In this document: positions 61,301 through 64,000 of the stretch, piece after piece | How the letters are laid out: every line of letters starts with the position of its first letter | How positions within the stretch are numbered: the first letter of the stretch is position 1 | DNA from: Phallusia mammillata | Lineage: Eukaryota | Length of the DNA stretch: 64,000 nucleotides | Reading direction: 5' to 3' | Assembly (NCBI GenBank): GCA_965637545.1 | Contig: OZ281497.1 | Location: 13,764,001 to 13,828,000, forward strand | The notes under the pieces: model-generated | What the model saw: only the letters and a program-made list of their open reading frames with translations | Told to the model about the DNA's origin: nothing | The model's database searches: none | Program-made: the position numbers and the translations under genes

Positions 61301-63744
61301 GAGCGGATGCACTGGTAAACCGACACGTTTGGCTACCTGTAACGAACAGGTAAGATTGTGCGGTTTTGTCGTTTCAATATTGTTTGTTTGTACGAAAATC
61401 GATTTGCAGAGATTTTAGTTTTAGTTTTTGATTGTGGCTTTTTATTAATTAACATTGCGCATGTCCTGTTTAATGGGTAATCAGCTGTTAAAATCCGGTT
61501 GTTGCGGTGTATAAGTGAAAAATAAGTCATATCATTTACATGTCAACTGATGGCCTTAAAATTAGTTGCAGGTTGAAGATAGCTCAATATATCTTGCGTT
61601 TTACAGCCTTGTAGTTCTTGGGGCGACTGGGGATCGTGGTCAGGATGCAGTAAAACTTGTGGTCAAGGTTTTCGAATCGCCGAACGTGTTTGTTACCGTG
61701 GTGAGGAAGTTGTCAACGATTGTCTAGGATCCGTCCAAAGGCAAGATGTCTGTTATTCAAAGGTTGGTGGCTTAATCAGTTTTTTATTTTGCATAAGTAT
61801 GCAATGAGAGGCATGGTGTTGCTTCACCACTGAGAGTGACAGTAGTTAACGACACATGTGATATTTATGTCTTGTATGTACAGCCCACGATATAAATTGA
61901 TTTTAACAAATCCAACACCGACAGGCACAGGGCCATGGCCCAGTATTTATCACTCCCTGTTCCAATAATATAAAAACTTTTAAAAAAATAAACTATGCTA
62001 GCAGTCAAGAAAACAAAAACAAAAGAGAAAACAAAAACAAAAGAGTTCTAACTATATGATTGCATTTGTGTTTAAATAGTTAGTTGTTTTACCTTTTTGT
62101 TACATATTTGGACATTTTGAATGTTAGGCGGCCATAACTTGGGTATTCTCATGTTGTACTGAGACTATATGCCTCATTTTTTGGACTAAAATCAGAGGTC
62201 ATTGGACTAAATCAGTTTGAGAAACAATGTTCTGTTTGAATAGTTTGTTTTTGGTGGACACATTACCACCAATTTGTATTTCTTTCTTTAGGACTGTGCT
62301 CAATGGTCAAACTGGGGAAGTTGGTCAGGTTGCAGTTTGACCTGTGGTGGTGGTGGAACGCGATCTATGAAAAGATTTTGCTACAACTACGAAGAAGCAA
62401 TAAACGAGTGCGAAGGACCGGACGAGAGCATGGAGGCTTGCAACAATCAGGTAGAGTAAAACCGTCTCTGCGTTAGTTGACTTTAACTTTCAGTTTACTA
62501 TAACAAAAATTGTTTGTTCAGAACTGCCCTGAATGGACAGCATGGCAGCAGTGGGGTGAATGTGATAAGAATTGCGGAGGTGGATCACGAATCAGAATCC
62601 GCGCTTGTTCAGTGGACGAAGAAGGAGTTCTAGGATGTATCGGTCGATCATTCGACACAGAGTATTGCAACGGTCAGGTATGTATCGCAGTGTATAAATA
62701 TTAGTAAAAACTTGTCAAATGGACACACCAAAGTATCGAACACGTGAACAACTTTCAACGTGTGTTTTCTCTTTCAAATAACTGGGGACTTCTAAGTTCT
62801 AACTATAGCGGGTTTAAGTCCTGCTTTGCTGTTAAGTCGGTAGAAAGCTTCCTAAATTGCATAGGGTCGGCGCTGGAAATGCGAATATTTTTCTAAAAGC
62901 TTTTTGCTCCCAGCTGTAGCGCTTACCGCCCGCAGGTATTCCAAAAACTTTCTACATGTATCGTTTACTAAGCCCTCTAAGTCTGTTTTCAAATGCAATA
63001 CCCTGTTTTGTTCCCGACAATTTTCGATTTTTCAGTGGGTTAGCCTGTAAATAAAACTTTTTTGTCTTTTTTATTCTCAGGCTTGTGCTTATTGGTCGTT
63101 GTGGAGTGAATGGAGCGGGTGTGGAGTTACTTGCGGTCAATCTACTCAGACAAGACGTCGTATTTGTGTGAACAGGATCGAGGGCGTACAAACTTGCGAA
63201 GGCGCTAGTTCGGAAACAATACAATGCACCGACCTACCAGTAGGTTTTTATTGTAATCTAACACTAAATCTAACTTTCCTTTGATCATGGTTAAAGAACT
63301 GCAACATCAATCTACAACACAGCGCAAACAATTAGTTATACAGGAAATTTAGCGAAAGGTCATAGTTAGTCGCCGAATCATGAAAACACTAATAGGTTTG
63401 TTGGATATGAGTGTATACCTTTACCTAAGTTAGGCAATATTTCCTAGTGCTGGCAATAAAAATCATTATTAACTTCCAATTTTACATATAATGTTTGGTT
63501 ACACATTTTGCTCTTTTTGTTTATTGTTGAAAGCTTCGCTAGACTCTGGTTTCTGTGTATGTTTTCTTAAATCTTGACTTGTGTTCAGAACTGTCCAACC
63601 TGGAGCAATTGGAACAACTGGTCGCCGTGCAATGTGCCTTGCGGTCAAGGAATCCGCGAACGCACCAGAGTTTGTAACAATGATGCAGAACAGTTTGGTC
63701 TCTGTTACGGACCCGACAAACAAACTGACATCTGCCAAGATCTG
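43322..63744 (+). CDS. Large secreted mosaic protein: signal peptide, trefoil, C-type lectin, 3 EGF, trefoil, 23 TSP1, vWA, >=12 TSP1; continues beyond the window
   Basis: METRHVMALVAFLAIYLVTTEAQ signal peptide; about 45 GT-AG exons read in frame; 35 W-x2-W-x2-W/C...CGxG...RxRxC repeats counted by hand; no stop reached by the last exon (63589-63744). Confidence 0.88.
43805..44300 (+). other. Gene 4: trefoil (P-type) domain 1
   Basis: CNIFNRDRTAC...TECTIRYGCCYN...PSCY. Confidence 0.75.
44571..45056 (+). other. Gene 4: C-type lectin domain, single exon, EPN motif
   Basis: YWVGGSDVAVEGNWFWNDGS...FQNW...QEPN...EDC...GKWFDGFC. Confidence 0.92.
45190..46330 (+). other. Gene 4: three EGF domains
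   Basis: DPCANFPCQNSGQC, DPCTSFPCQNGGQC, DPCLALPCLNNGLC exons. Confidence 0.92.
46682..47001 (+). other. Gene 4: trefoil domain 2, flanked by Thr/Pro-rich linkers
   Basis: CQIAPSARTPCGG...AQCLFSRGCCYDSIQQECY; neighbouring mini-exons GLITTTTTTQ and ALTATPPPTTRPET. Confidence 0.85.
52987..53612 (+). mobile_element. Internally deleted hAT (Charlie/Buster-type) transposon, 626 bp, in an intron of gene 4
   Basis: TIR cagtggttctcaaa / tttgagaaccactg; perfect 8-bp TSD gcataatg; retains transposase N-terminus MSKYSHKETFLELGFTS...PQCVLCYAVLSNES (53320 onward). Confidence 0.95.
57311..58306 (+). other. Gene 4: von Willebrand factor A domain with intact MIDAS, three exons
   Basis: DIGFIIDSSSSIG (DxSxS), GSGTLTGQAL, VVLTDGRAQD. 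Confidence 0.93.
58647..58905. mobile_element. Old hAT-like MITE in an intron of gene 4
   Basis: Imperfect TIR cagagttgcaaacgggcc / ggcccgacttacaactctg; subterminal [a]cccga repeats; TSD not recognisable (4/8 match). Confidence 0.6.
62008..62045. repeat. 18-bp A-rich tandem duplication
   Basis: agaaaacaaaaacaaaag x2. Confidence 0.7.
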
Positions 63745-64000
63745 GTAAATCATCTTCAATTATTCACAACATTTTTTCCGATTTTTTTATTTTATTTTAG
63801 TTATCCAAAAAAGGCTCTAGTCTAAAGTTAGGCTAATGTCTTGGCACTAGGTGGGACACATGAAACGCCAATAAAGACAAAAAATGTGATCACTACGCAC
63901 TTATAAACCGTTTACATTTTTTAAAGCATTTTAACCAAAATTGACATTGAAATTCTGATTTCTGTTTCTGGGTCACAAAAAAGCTTAAGTTAATATCAAG

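Noticed and set aside
43322-63744. Naming gene 4 SCO-spondin, hemicentin or thrombospondin
   Set aside because: No vWD/LDLa, Ig array or TSP type-3 repeats seen in the window; no symbol can be justified.

Overview
Eukaryotic, AT-rich, intron-containing animal DNA. It is probably a tunicate (ascidian); this is inferred from the many 60-90 nt introns, possible operon-like spacing and mosaic CpG depletion, and is not proven. The ORF track uses GTG/TTG starts and ignores splicing, so most entries are exon fragments or shadow frames. All genes are on the + strand. (1) 138-20964: 5'-truncated giant type-I membrane protein of the MUC4/SUSD2/Mesh class, with >=6 unrecognised CARDB-like modules, EGF/TSP1, NIDO-AMOP-vWD, a long EGF array, TSP1, a TM helix and a very short tail. 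(2) Intronless TBCA. (3) ELP1 with a single coding intron. (4) A head-to-tail duplication of ~10.8 kb (17386-28169, copied at 28168-40432). Its breakpoint lies in a 20-bp palindrome inside a hAT MITE. It yields a 3' fragment of gene 1, an intact second TBCA and a frameshifted ELP1, and the second copy carries two extra TE insertions. (5) 43322 to beyond the window end: a large secreted mosaic protein, signal peptide-trefoil-C-type lectin-3xEGF-trefoil-23xTSP1-vWA->=12xTSP1. Also present: several MITEs, a Helentron-like element, tRNA-derived SINE heads and a candidate 39-aa microprotein. The most notable items are the lectin/trefoil/TSP1-rod protein, the unrecognised repeat module of gene 1, two different MITEs at one target site, and the paradoxical substitution pattern of the ELP1 copy. 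Exon boundaries were read by eye and some are approximate.
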